The notes under the pieces were generated by a model. It saw nothing but the letters and a program-made list of their open reading frames with translations. It was not told where the DNA came from and ran no database searches. Position numbers and translations under genes: made by a program. DNA of 64,000 nucleotides. Origin: a virus (Duplodnaviria > Caudoviricetes). The stretch spans positions 1 to 64,000 of the IMG/VR virus record IMGVR_UViG_3300037420_001796, one strand, 5' to 3'. This document shows positions 35,885 through 45,283 of the stretch, piece by piece (within the stretch, counting starts at the first letter, position 1; the number at the start of each line of letters is the position of its first letter).

Positions 35885-35963
35885 AGAATCCCACTGAAAT
35901 CAGACAATTAACATGGCACCGAGAGGTGCCCGTTCCGTCGTTTTCTGCTCAAATTCCGTGCAT

Positions 35964-35998
35964 TGCTACTGAAAATCAGTAGCAGCTGCTACTGATTT
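35964..35998. repeat. three alternating TGCTACTGA copies including a 26-bp perfect palindrome (candidate Int arm sites or operator)
   Basis: TGCTACTGA-AAA-TCAGTAGCA and AAATCAGTAGCAG/CTGCTACTGATTT (35973-35998). Confidence 0.75.
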
Positions 35999-36037
35999 CG
36001 GATGGGGTTGTGCGTTGATGTGGGTATGATGCCCGCC

Positions 36038-37201
36038 ATGAGTGTCAATGTTCAACAGCGCGGCGCTGAGCGGCACCAGCTGCGCGTGATCCACAAGCTG
36101 CTGCCGAAGCCCTTCTTTTTCACGTTCAAGAGCGAGCCCGAGGCACGAGAATACGGCGACCGGCTGCACGCGCTGCTCGAGCGCGGCATCGTGCCGCAGG
36201 AGCTTCTCGCGAAGCCGGCGAAGGGCGACGACCCGATGGTGCCGGACTTGATCGAGGCGTACCGCAATGCGCAACCCGTGGCGCCGAGTGACGAGTCGGT
36301 GCTTGACCTGCTGGAGCTGGAGACCGCAGGCTTGCGAGTGAGTGGTCTGACGTTCGCGTGGGTGGAAGCGTGGGTGAGGGGGATGAAGGTGAAGCAGAAC
36401 CTGGCGCCGTCGACGATCCGAAAGCGCGTCGGATCGCTGGCCAGGGTGCTCGATTGGCACCTTGCGCACATGGCGGAGAAGGACCCCGACAACGTCAGGG
36501 CCAACCCGCTGCGGCTGCTGCGCGTGGGCTACAGCCAGTACAGCAAGGCGGAGGGGAAGGCGGCCGAGGCCGCTGGTGGCGCTGCGAAGGAAGACGTAGA
36601 GCGCGATCGACGCTTGAGCCCCGACGAGGAGACGAGGCTGCAGCTGTCGTTGTCGGGTTTCAAGAGGCCCGACCGCGAGCGCCCGCTCGAGCGGGATCCG
36701 GACTTCGAGACTCTCGTGTATCTGATCCTGGACACCGGCATGCGTTTGCGCGAGGCGTACCGCTTGCGCGTCGCACAGTTCGATTTCGAGCGCGGCATCA
36801 TCAACGTCGAAGGCACGAACAAACGCGGCGGAGCTCGCAAGCGGCGCGTCGTTCCGATGAAGCCCGCGGTGCGCGAGCGGATGAAGAAGTTCGTGAAGGG
36901 GAAGAAGCCCGAAGAACTCGTCTTCTCGTTTTGGAACGGAAACGATGAGACCCTTGCGAAGACCACCACTCGGCTGTCGCAGCGCTTTAAAACGCTGTTC
37001 GAATATGCACAGGTGGAGGACTTCACCGAACACGACCTGCGTCATGAGGCAACGTGTCGGTGGTTCGAGCTGAAGAATGCGAAAGGCGCGTGGACGTTCA
37101 GCGACCTGGAGATCTGCAAGATCATGGGCTGGACGTCCACGAAGATGGCGCTGCGGTACCTCTCCCTGCGGGGAGAGGACCTTGCGTCACGACTTCTTTA
37201 G
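36038..37201 (+). CDS. int: tyrosine recombinase / integrase
   Basis: LDTGMR, HDLRH, IMGW, LRY catalytic motifs; next to attP; start could be 36002-36038. Confidence 0.93.
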   Translation: MSVNVQQRGAERHQLRVIHKLLPKPFFFTFKSEPEAREYGDRLHALLERGIVPQELLAKPAKGDDPMVPDLIEAYRNAQPVAPSDESVLDLLELETAGLRVSGLTFAWVEAWVRGMKVKQNLAPSTIRKRVGSLARVLDWHLAHMAEKDPDNVRANPLRLLRVGYSQYSKAEGKAAEAAGGAAKEDVERDRRLSPDEETRLQLSLSGFKRPDRERPLERDPDFETLVYLILDTGMRLREAYRLRVAQFDFERGIINVEGTNKRGGARKRRVVPMKPAVRERMKKFVKGKKPEELVFSFWNGNDETLAKTTTRLSQRFKTLFEYAQVEDFTEHDLRHEATCRWFELKNAKGAWTFSDLEICKIMGWTSTKMALRYLSLRGEDLASRLL

Positions 37202-37383
37202 GGTTTGGCCACGCGGGCCTGAATGCACTGCAATGCCTGACTCCTGCGTGAAGCCAGCATCACCTCCTGAACACGCACGCACTCTTCGCGAGTCGCGAAG
37301 CGTTCGATCAGTGTCGCTGGCACGGAGCTGTTTCCGGCGTCCCAGCCAAGGCTGACCAGCATCCAAATGAGCACTGTGTTCAT
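37198..37383 (-). CDS. hypothetical protein
   Basis: 61 aa, overlapping stop/start with Xis-like gene. Confidence 0.55.
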   Translation of the reverse strand: MNTVLIWMLVSLGWDAGNSSVPATLIERFATREECVRVQEVMLASRRSQALQCIQARVAKP

Positions 37384-37682
37384 GTCGGCAGCTCCGGGAG
37401 CTGCGGTGCCACACGCTTGCCGAACGGCACGTTCACGACGGATGCAAGCGGGCTGCCCGACTTGCGCTGCTGCAGGCGCTCGGCGGCGTTGATCATTGCG
37501 ACCTCGTTGACGCGTTGAAGGAAGGCCCCGGTCGGAATGATCCAGCCCGTGCCGAACTTCTCACCGGGCAACGTGCCCGCGCGCAGATGGTCTTCGACAG
37601 TCTTGGGCTCGCACTCGAGCATGAGCGCTGCGTACTCGGGGTTGATGATCGGCGGAAGTTCCGCTGTCGCAAGGTCGATCAC
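37380..37682 (-). CDS. excisionase-like (MerR-type HTH) protein
   Basis: EYAALMLECEPKTVEDHLRAGTLPGEKFGTGWII; converges on integrase. Confidence 0.75.
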   Translation of the reverse strand: MIDLATAELPPIINPEYAALMLECEPKTVEDHLRAGTLPGEKFGTGWIIPTGAFLQRVNEVAMINAAERLQQRKSGSPLASVVNVPFGKRVAPQLPELPT

Positions 37683-37873
37683 GGCCGACCTCCTTGCGTT
37701 GCCGGCGGGTTCACGCGCGGCCGGTGATAGATCGGCTCGCGCGCGCTGCCGTCGTCATCGCCGTCGGCGGGGCCGTTGTGGAAGATCCATGCGATCGCCA
37801 GCAGGCAGCAACCGATGTCCGGCTCGCCGCAGAACCATGCGATGAGACCTGTGATGAAAAGGCCTGTACTCAA
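37679..37873 (-). CDS. small membrane protein
   Basis: TTG start with GAGG RBS and CAA-rich leader. Confidence 0.55.
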   Translation of the reverse strand: MSTGLFITGLIAWFCGEPDIGCCLLAIAWIFHNGPADGDDDGSAREPIYHRPRVNPPATQGGRP

Positions 37874-37916
37874 TGCTCACCTCTTTGTTTTTGTTGTTGT
37901 CGGTGAAGGCTGAACT

Positions 37917-38270
37917 TTACTTCTTCTCGGTCAGGCTTGCCCAGAACGCTGCGGGGTCCGTGCCGGCCGGCGTGAACTTTTCTGCGGGTTCGTCGCTTTC
38001 TTCCGGCTCCTCACCCAGCTCTCGCATGCCGCCGCGTGGCGTGCCGCGCCACGAGCGCAGCACCTGCATCGGAACGCTCATCCATCTGCCGTTGAAGGCA
38101 TCGACGAAGTTGTCGACGTTCGCTTTGACTTCGCACAGGTCGACCTGAATCGACGTCCGAGCACTCTGGTCGCTCACACGCTTGATGCACTTGCCGGCAT
38201 CGCCCGCGGTCTTCGTAAATTCGACAGGCCACTCGCCATTGTCTGGGTCGTAGACTTTGTAAATCCTCAT
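37917..38270 (-). CDS. hypothetical protein
   Basis: 117 aa, GGAGTCC RBS. Confidence 0.7.
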   Translation of the reverse strand: MRIYKVYDPDNGEWPVEFTKTAGDAGKCIKRVSDQSARTSIQVDLCEVKANVDNFVDAFNGRWMSVPMQVLRSWRGTPRGGMRELGEEPEESDEPAEKFTPAGTDPAAFWASLTEKK

Positions 38271-38488
38271 GCAGGACTCCTAGATTCCCCGCGCTGATCA
38301 GGGAAGAAGATGAAGTAAAGAAGGACGGTCAGCGCGTCGCATACCGCGTCCTTGGCGTGCTGATGCCACTCGGTGCCGCGACTGAGCGCGAGACCGAGTT
38401 GTATGGAGTCGATGAGCAGGTAGCACACCGACATGCCGAAGATGATCGCGACTAGCGCGACAACGATGTTGGTGAGACTTCTCTTCAT
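38267..38488 (-). CDS. small membrane protein
   Basis: 73 aa, 2 TM, GAGG RBS. Confidence 0.55.
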   Translation of the reverse strand: MKRSLTNIVVALVAIIFGMSVCYLLIDSIQLGLALSRGTEWHQHAKDAVCDALTVLLYFIFFPDQRGESRSPA

Positions 38489-38847
38489 CTCGTTTCCTCG
38501 AAGTGTTGGTCCACCAGCTCGGAGAGGGTGATTTCGCCGCGCAGTAGCGGCCCCTTGTGCACGTGGCCAAGCATCAGACCGCGCCTCAGCCCGTATAAAT
38601 CGTCTCGACTGATTTCGACTGCTTTTCCCTCCAGGACGATGTATCCGCAGCCCCACCCGATTTCGCTCATGCCGCAGCTTCGACAAACGCGCATGGGCTC
38701 AAGCGCGCCGCCGAAGTTGAGTGACTGGTAGTCACACTCCGCGAGATCGAGATGCTTGCAGGTCTTCTGAGCTCGCCGTACTGCGGCGTTGAGGCGACGC
38801 TGTGCGTCGGAGACATCGCTGAGCGCTTTTTGGATGCTTGCACGCAT
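38485..38847 (-). CDS. hypothetical CxxC protein
   Basis: 120 aa, CRSCG. Confidence 0.65.
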   Translation of the reverse strand: MRASIQKALSDVSDAQRRLNAAVRRAQKTCKHLDLAECDYQSLNFGGALEPMRVCRSCGMSEIGWGCGYIVLEGKAVEISRDDLYGLRRGLMLGHVHKGPLLRGEITLSELVDQHFEETR

Positions 38848-38855
38848 GTGGCCTC

Positions 38856-41009
38856 CTACAGTGTGATCATGTTGTCAGCCACCGCCTGCGAGATGTCCTC
38901 GTGCGTGACCAGCAGGACCTGCTTGAACCCGGCCGTCGCGAGGAAGCCGAGCATGTTGTTCGTGCGTCCGTCGTCGCACGCCGCGGCGGGCTCGTCCAGG
39001 ATCAGGAACGGCGACATCGGCATGAACGTGCGAACGAGAGCAACTCGAATCGCAAGGCCGAGGATGTCAAGCGTCGAACCGGAAATCGTCTCGCCTGTGA
39101 CGGGGTGACCGTCGACGGTGAAGGCGTCCGTCGTCTTGCGCACCTTCGAGGGCACGCCGCGCATGTCGCTGAAGTACGTCGACACGGCGTTGAGCACGAG
39201 GTTCCAGAGTTGGTCCGCGATGAGAGGACGGCACTGGCGCACACGCTTGAGAAGCGCATTGTTGAACTCGAGTTCGTCGAGCTCCTCACGGCGCTCGCGC
39301 AACGCGGCTTCTGCGGCCTTGACTGAAGCCTTCGCACGCTCGTAGTTGGCGATCGCATCGGTCTTGGCTCGCACGGCTTGGTCGTACTCGCGCTGCGCGG
39401 CAGTCAGGGCGTCCTGAAGTGGTCTCAGTGCATCACGAGCAGCTTCCGCAGCGGCGCGAAGTGCATCGATGTCGACTCGGTTCGGCCCACGTGCGCGCCG
39501 GCCGTACGCGTCCTCGCGCTCGGTGTACAGGCGAGCTCGCTCCGCGGTAAGCGTTTCGATCTTCGCGCTCGCGCGCTCGAATGCACGCTGCTGGTCTTCT
39601 GCATCCTTGATCTTCAGCTTCAAGTCGAGGATGGTGTCCTCAACGTCGTCCTCCTGATCGGTGATTTCCGGACCAGTCCACACGAGGAACGGCGGGAGAA
39701 CGTCGTCCTCGAGTCGCGCCACGTCGCCGACAACGTCAAGGACCTTGAGAACCGGGCGGGACGCGGCAAGGATTCCCTGCAAGCGTTTGATCTCTGCATC
39801 AGCGAGCGAGATCTGCTGCTCGGCGAGCCGCGCCTTACCGTCGGCCTCCTCGGCCTGGCGAGTCAGGTGCGCGTTCTTTTCCTTTACCTCAGGCACGTTG
39901 CTGAAGTCCTGACCGCAGAAGCTGCAGCTGCCGTCGGCGATCTGCTGACGCAGAAGACGAGCGTCGGTAGAGGCCTTCTCACGCACTTTGACATGCACCT
40001 CGCGAGCGGCGCGAACATTCTCGATGTCCTGCTCTAGGGCCTCGATCGTGCCCTTGAACTCGTTGGCAGCGAACTTGTCGTGGCTCTTGGTGCGGATGTA
40101 AGGCTCTACCTTCTCAAACTTCTTCCGCAACTCGCCTATGCGCTTGGCATCGTCGATCTGCTGGCGCAGAGCTGCGATGTCGACGTTGTCGGGCGCGGGC
40201 GTTGCCTTCAACTCCTTCAACTCAGTTTCGACGTCGATGATCCGGTCGCTCAGCCCGTTCACTTCGCGATCGAGTGCGGCGACTTCCGCCGCTGCCACCT
40301 TGCCATCGTTGTAGGCCTTGTTCGCGGCGTCGGCCTTCTCCTGCGCTTCCTGCTGCAGCTTGGTGGCGATGTCGATGTCTTCCGTCGCGCGTTCGATGTC
40401 CGCGTTCAGGTCCTCGAGGTCCGGCTCGACCGCAGCCGTGCGAGCTTCATCGAGCTGGCGCTCCGCCGCAGCGATCGCAGCTTCTACCGTCGCCGTGCTG
40501 CCAAGCGTGAGCTCCTCCTGCATCTGCTCGATGAGGTTGTCGATCTGGTCGAACTCCGCGAGGCGCTCGATCAGCTTCGTCGTCTCCGCCGCGCCGGCTT
40601 CCAGCGCCCCGCGGATGCCGCCTTGCTTGGCCAGGATCAGGCGAGTCGCGGCAACAGGGTCTGCCTTGAGCAAGCGGCACACGAAAGCGGTGACTTCGTT
40701 CTGGCCGGTCACGGTGCCGCCGTCGTAGTTCACTTCGGCGCCCGACTTGCCCCGCTTGATCGTGTAGACGACGCCGTCGACACCGAGCTCGAGCTCGACC
40801 TTCAGGCTCTTGGGCTCTTCGCCCCACGTCACGAGGTCTTCGAGCGTGGCGCCAAGTCCTTTCACGCCGAACAGGGCGTAGCAGATGGCGCGAAGGAGGG
40901 TGGACTTGCCTGCCTCGTTCGCGCCGCGCAGGGCTGTGAGCCCTCCGTTGAACACAACTTCCAGATGCCGATGGCGTTGGAAGTTGGTGAGTCGGATCTT
41001 ATTCAGCAA
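38856..41009 (-). CDS. SbcC/Rad50-like SMC ATPase
   Basis: GANEAGKST Walker A, coiled coils, CSFCG zinc hook, ISGS signature, LILDEP Walker B, VTHE; TTG start. Confidence 0.9.
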   Translation of the reverse strand: MLNKIRLTNFQRHRHLEVVFNGGLTALRGANEAGKSTLLRAICYALFGVKGLGATLEDLVTWGEEPKSLKVELELGVDGVVYTIKRGKSGAEVNYDGGTVTGQNEVTAFVCRLLKADPVAATRLILAKQGGIRGALEAGAAETTKLIERLAEFDQIDNLIEQMQEELTLGSTATVEAAIAAAERQLDEARTAAVEPDLEDLNADIERATEDIDIATKLQQEAQEKADAANKAYNDGKVAAAEVAALDREVNGLSDRIIDVETELKELKATPAPDNVDIAALRQQIDDAKRIGELRKKFEKVEPYIRTKSHDKFAANEFKGTIEALEQDIENVRAAREVHVKVREKASTDARLLRQQIADGSCSFCGQDFSNVPEVKEKNAHLTRQAEEADGKARLAEQQISLADAEIKRLQGILAASRPVLKVLDVVGDVARLEDDVLPPFLVWTGPEITDQEDDVEDTILDLKLKIKDAEDQQRAFERASAKIETLTAERARLYTEREDAYGRRARGPNRVDIDALRAAAEAARDALRPLQDALTAAQREYDQAVRAKTDAIANYERAKASVKAAEAALRERREELDELEFNNALLKRVRQCRPLIADQLWNLVLNAVSTYFSDMRGVPSKVRKTTDAFTVDGHPVTGETISGSTLDILGLAIRVALVRTFMPMSPFLILDEPAAACDDGRTNNMLGFLATAGFKQVLLVTHEDISQAVADNMITL

Positions 41010-41877
41010 AGTCTTTCTCTCCGAAAACAGGAACAGGTTGTCTCTCGAGGAGCCAGCGGAACTGCACCCACCCCACGAAGTTGTTGAAGGGCACCTCTGG
41101 CTTTCCAGAAGGGAACGCCTGATGCTCAAGCGGTGACGCGTGCATCGGCTTGGCCGTCGCCAAACGCTTGAACAGCTCGATGTCCTTCACCGCGTCGGGG
41201 ATCGTGCCGTCGTGGTTCAGGTAGCTCACGCGAGCGCAGCGCGCCGCCGACAGGCGAGCGAGGAACAAGCCGCCGTCCTGGCCCTTGTCAGCGACGACCT
41301 CGCGTTCGAAGTCGCGCACGTAGGGAAGGTGCCAGTTGTAGACGTTGTTGGAGTCGGTGCCTCGCTTGGTCGGCGTCGCGTTCGCGATGGCTTCACGAAT
41401 TGCTTTTGCCAATCGTTGGAAGTGCGGCTCCGCCGCGGGGTGATCGCGCAGCCCGAAGAAGTTCTCCCACTCGGTCGCAGTGACGATCGTGCGCATCCAC
41501 TGGAACGGCTCCAGCAAACGGTTGACGATCTGCTTGTGCAGGCCGAGATCGTGAAGGCTTTGTGCGAAGTACGCAGCGTGCTGCGCGGCGCGCCGCCACT
41601 CGTGCTCGGCTTCCGCGCGCTTGCCGATTGGAATCTCGGCGCCGGACTGCATGCCCGGCTGGTTCGATCCCCACTCCAGCGGCACGAACGGATCGCTCTT
41701 GACCTGCTCGATCATCTTCATGACCGGAACAGCGCGCGATGACATCGCGTTGCGCGAGAAGACGCGGTGCGTCATCAGTTCGCCGTGAATGCAGCGCGGA
41801 TATTCCAGAGCGAGCGTGGGCAGCGGAGGGTGACCGTCGCACACGCTGTACTCGATAACTTCTGCCTTGATTGCCAT
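40999..41877 (-). CDS. thyX: flavin-dependent thymidylate synthase
   Basis: THRVFSRNAMSSRA, ARCARVSY, HASPLEH motifs. Confidence 0.9.
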   Translation of the reverse strand: MAIKAEVIEYSVCDGHPPLPTLALEYPRCIHGELMTHRVFSRNAMSSRAVPVMKMIEQVKSDPFVPLEWGSNQPGMQSGAEIPIGKRAEAEHEWRRAAQHAAYFAQSLHDLGLHKQIVNRLLEPFQWMRTIVTATEWENFFGLRDHPAAEPHFQRLAKAIREAIANATPTKRGTDSNNVYNWHLPYVRDFEREVVADKGQDGGLFLARLSAARCARVSYLNHDGTIPDAVKDIELFKRLATAKPMHASPLEHQAFPSGKPEVPFNNFVGWVQFRWLLERQPVPVFGEKDFAE

Positions 41878-41887
41878 GTTGTTCTTC

Positions 41888-42511
41888 TTATTCGGCGGGG
41901 GTGTTCAGGACACGGTGCAGGAACTTGTGGTACTTGCGCTGGTCCATGAGTTGGTTGAAACGATCGAGGAATCGCTCGCGCGCTTCTCTCGGCGTCATGC
42001 GCACGATCTGGATGCGTGCGGGCTCGCCCTTGATCAACCACGGCGCGGGACTTTCTCCGACGATCTGCTCCTTCTCGGCAAGCAGCACCGCGTTGTCGGC
42101 GTGCGTGATCAGCTCGGGCAGCTCGCGCGCCAAGTCGAACTTCTCGGCGACGGCGCCCCACACGGCGTCCTCGATCGGGCCGTATTCCTTCAGGTGACGC
42201 TTGAGCGGCCGGTGAATGTCCTTGAGGTACGCTTCCGGCGCGTCGTGCAGCAGGCCCTCGAGCGCCCATTCCGCGGGCACTTCGTACGACACGTACACGC
42301 TGTGCTGCGCGACGCTGTAGTGGTCCTCGATCTGGCCGGCGTAGCGGCACTCGTTGCTCAGGCCCACGGCGATGTCGTAGATGTCGACCTCGTCGGCGCG
42401 CGGGTCCAGCGGCCAGAACATCCTGCCGCTCACGGTCTGCATCCAGTCACCCTTGCGCCCGCGCTCTTGAGCGAAAGCTGCTCGTGCGGGTTGCTCGAAG
42501 TCGTGGCTCAT
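41888..42511 (-). CDS. HD-domain 5'-deoxynucleotidase (YfbR-like)
   Basis: YSVAQHSV and LLHDAPEAY motifs. Confidence 0.85.
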   Translation of the reverse strand: MSHDFEQPARAAFAQERGRKGDWMQTVSGRMFWPLDPRADEVDIYDIAVGLSNECRYAGQIEDHYSVAQHSVYVSYEVPAEWALEGLLHDAPEAYLKDIHRPLKRHLKEYGPIEDAVWGAVAEKFDLARELPELITHADNAVLLAEKEQIVGESPAPWLIKGEPARIQIVRMTPREARERFLDRFNQLMDQRKYHKFLHRVLNTPAE

Positions 42512-42732
42512 TGCTGGGCCTCCTCGGCGGGGGCCTTCGACGAAGGCGTGACGATCCATTGCACGAGCTTCTGCCCGACGTTGCCGCCGTAGTACAGGCC
42601 TACGATCCACTTGATCAGGGACGCGAGGTCCGGGTCGATCTTCAAGTGGGTGAAGACCATGACCTCGATCGACGTCAGGACCGCCACAGCGATCAGGAAT
42701 TTGCGGGACTCGAACGAACGGGGGATGCGCAT
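42508..42732 (-). CDS. small 2-TM membrane protein
   Basis: SRKFLIAV...YYGGNVGQK, 74 aa. Confidence 0.6.
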   Translation of the reverse strand: MRIPRSFESRKFLIAVAVLTSIEVMVFTHLKIDPDLASLIKWIVGLYYGGNVGQKLVQWIVTPSSKAPAEEAQQ

Positions 42733-42733
42733 G

Positions 42734-43030
42734 TCAGGCCTCCACCCGGCCTTCGGCCTGTGCGCGTTTGAGATACCTCTGGATCTTCTCGCGGCGTGCC
42801 GCTCGATGAACCTCAAGGTCCGCGGGCAGCTTGATGTAGCCGCCTTCGAGCAGCTCGTCGACCGACTCGTACAAGTCGATGATCTCGCCGACGAGTCGTT
42901 CCGCGTTGCTGTATGGATTGCCGGGCTGGCGCTCGTCCAGACCGAATCGAATCGCCTTGGAGGCGCGCTGCGACACTTCGTCGCATTCCTCCATGACTAG
43001 CGTCAGGAGGTATTGATCCTTGGTCAACAT
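42734..43030 (-). CDS. MazG-like NTP pyrophosphohydrolase
   Basis: MEECDEV...GEIIDL (ExxE...ExxD). Confidence 0.75.
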   Translation of the reverse strand: MLTKDQYLLTLVMEECDEVSQRASKAIRFGLDERQPGNPYSNAERLVGEIIDLYESVDELLEGGYIKLPADLEVHRAARREKIQRYLKRAQAEGRVEA

Positions 43031-43114
43031 CTTTCTCTTTCTTCTTATCGTGTTGATCTGCGCGCCGGCCCTCGCCGGTCGCGGATGGTTTAGATCAGGT
43101 CGTGGCCTGAAAAG

Positions 43115-43405
43115 TCAATGGATTCCTCCGCGCAGGTTCTTCGGGATCTCGTACACGGTGATGAGCACGTTGCCCTTGAAAAAGTACAGGTGCTCGCCGT
43201 AGATCTTCGGCACCGAGCCAGGGTGGTCCTTCCACTGCCCGTCCAGATACCGCTTCAGGCGTCCACGCGCGTCAGCGTGGCCCTTGCCAAGCTCGTACGC
43301 GCGCTGCGCTGCCGCCTCGTGCGCTTTCTTCGGCAGCCCAAGGCGCTCTTTCATTCGGTCGTGCGCGTGCGCGGTGAGGGAGACGACGTCTTCAACTTGC
43401 GACAT
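43115..43405 (-). CDS. hypothetical protein (DUF4258/RelE-like fold possible)
   Basis: LTAHAHDRMKER...VLITVY. Confidence 0.55.
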   Translation of the reverse strand: MSQVEDVVSLTAHAHDRMKERLGLPKKAHEAAAQRAYELGKGHADARGRLKRYLDGQWKDHPGSVPKIYGEHLYFFKGNVLITVYEIPKNLRGGIH

Positions 43406-44516
43406 CTGCTTCCTCCTCCGGTTGCGCCTCCGTGCGTCCAGTCAGTTCCCTGATCTTTGCGGCCTGGCGCTCGTCAAGCATGCCAAGCAGCAGCCCGATC
43501 ACGTCGATGCGCCGGATGTCTTCCTGCGTCACGATCTCGTCGTCGGTTGTGTCCAGTCCCTCGACCTGCACCGCGTTGGTCACGACGAAGGAGTGGCTGC
43601 GCTGGCGGAACTGCGCGATCGCCTTCACGACGTCGGCGGCTTGCGTGGCCGCTGCTTCCCCGACAACACGTACGAAACCGCGTCCGTCTTCGCTCAGCTC
43701 TCCGAGCTCTTGCCAGTCGGCTTCTGCGAACCAGCCGTCGTCATCGTCCTTGGACCACGTCTGGATGTGATCGAACGAGCCGTCCTCGTTGACGATCAGC
43801 GCGTACTTCTTGCCGTCCTTTTGTGCGTCGCCGTGCGCAAGGCAATCGACGACCGACGTCGGGAACTGGTTGCCCACGATCACGAGGTGGCCGTTCATCA
43901 GCGTGCGGGCCAGGTGCTCGTGGCCGAGCACGACGGTCATGCCGCGATCGCGCAGCTTTCGGACCTGCTCGCGCGAGACGTTCAGGCTGTGGTCGAGTGC
44001 GCCTGCGAACGTGTTCTCGTAGTTGCAGTGAAGCAGCACGGTCTTGGCTTCGTCGGGCACTTGCGACAGGGCCAGATCGAACTGCTCCTGATTCACGAGG
44101 TGCGGAATCATGTACACGCCCGCAGAGAGCAGCGTGGGCTTTCGGATCAGGCGGAAGCGCCCGGGAAACCATCCTTCGAGGATCACGCCGAGGAACGCGA
44201 CGATGCCCAGCTTGCTGGAGTCCTTCGCAAGGTCGTGGTTGCCCAGACCCCACTCGAGCTCTTTGTCGGGGTTGCCCTCGAGGAACAGCTTCGCTGTCGC
44301 AAGGATCTCGATGCCCTCGGACAGTGGGATGTCGTACTGGTCGGCGAGGTCCCCGTTGACCGTCACGACGTCGCAGTTGTGCTTCACAGCCAGCTGCAGC
44401 AAGGCGGCGTGCTTGTCGTGCGCGAACTTGCGCAGGGCTTCGGCGCTGGAAATCGTCGTGCCGCCGGAGCGTTGCACGCCCAGGTGCAAGTCGTTGATGA
44501 TCAGTCGTCGAGTCAC
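43392..44516 (-). CDS. SbcD/Mre11-like metallophosphoesterase nuclease
   Basis: NDLHLG, NGDL.D, GNHD, GHEH motifs. Confidence 0.9.
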   Translation of the reverse strand: MTRRLIINDLHLGVQRSGGTTISSAEALRKFAHDKHAALLQLAVKHNCDVVTVNGDLADQYDIPLSEGIEILATAKLFLEGNPDKELEWGLGNHDLAKDSSKLGIVAFLGVILEGWFPGRFRLIRKPTLLSAGVYMIPHLVNQEQFDLALSQVPDEAKTVLLHCNYENTFAGALDHSLNVSREQVRKLRDRGMTVVLGHEHLARTLMNGHLVIVGNQFPTSVVDCLAHGDAQKDGKKYALIVNEDGSFDHIQTWSKDDDDGWFAEADWQELGELSEDGRGFVRVVGEAAATQAADVVKAIAQFRQRSHSFVVTNAVQVEGLDTTDDEIVTQEDIRRIDVIGLLLGMLDERQAAKIRELTGRTEAQPEEEADVAS

Positions 44517-44755
44517 GCTTCTTCCTTTCGTTTCTCAAGGGCCGCGCGCGAGGCCGCGTGGCGCGCCGCACGGCGCTGCGCGTTCTCTTCGGCGGTCAGC
44601 TTGTCGATCTGCTCTCTCGACATGCGACGCTTGGGCGCGCACGTCACGCAGATCCATGTAGGCGGCGAGCCCGGGGGCTTCGGGACTCGCCGTGCCCGTT
44701 CAAGCGGCACGAAGTGCCGCCCGTACGAGCAGTACTTTTCTTTTGCAGCGCTCAA
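44513..44755 (-). CDS. small putative zinc-binding protein
   Basis: TTG overlapping upstream stop; CxxxxH...CxxC, basic tail. Confidence 0.5.
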   Translation of the reverse strand: MSAAKEKYCSYGRHFVPLERARRVPKPPGSPPTWICVTCAPKRRMSREQIDKLTAEENAQRRAARHAASRAALEKRKEEA

Positions 44756-45246
44756 GGTTTCACCTCGAACACGTACGGGTGTGCGTCGTTCAGCGCTTCG
44801 TCCGCGCCGTCGAACGTAGGAAATCCACGCAGGTCCCACGAACCCTTGTCGCCGAACTCCATCAGCATCGAGGCGCGCGGAATCACGCGCCACTTCTCAA
44901 TGGTCGAGTGGTAAACGAGGATGGGGCACACGCCGCCGCACTTCTCCCGCTTGCGCAGCCGAGGCAGCTGGCTGATCTTGTCGCGTGAGAGCCGATATTC
45001 GTGCTCGGTCTCCTTTGCTTCGATCAAACCGAAGGCGGGCGGGTTGCCCGCCAACGAGCCCATGTAGTAATCGAAGTCCGCAGGAGCGGCCTTGATGATT
45101 CGACCCGCTGCCTTCGTGTCCGGCAGCCGGTTGAACTCGCGATACACGCTGCGCTCCTGCCACCACCCGAGGTAGTCCTGGACCGCGTTTTCTGTCTCTT
45201 TGCCTCGATCGGCGAAGCGATTTGTCTTCTTGAACTTCATTTGCAC
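44752..45246 (-). CDS. RecU-like Holliday junction resolvase (PD-(D/E)xK)
   Basis: PADFDYY...LIEAKET motifs. Confidence 0.75.
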   Translation of the reverse strand: MQMKFKKTNRFADRGKETENAVQDYLGWWQERSVYREFNRLPDTKAAGRIIKAAPADFDYYMGSLAGNPPAFGLIEAKETEHEYRLSRDKISQLPRLRKREKCGGVCPILVYHSTIEKWRVIPRASMLMEFGDKGSWDLRGFPTFDGADEALNDAHPYVFEVKP

Positions 45247-45283
45247 CCTTTGTTTTTGTTGTTGGTGGGTTGCAGGGGAAAGG

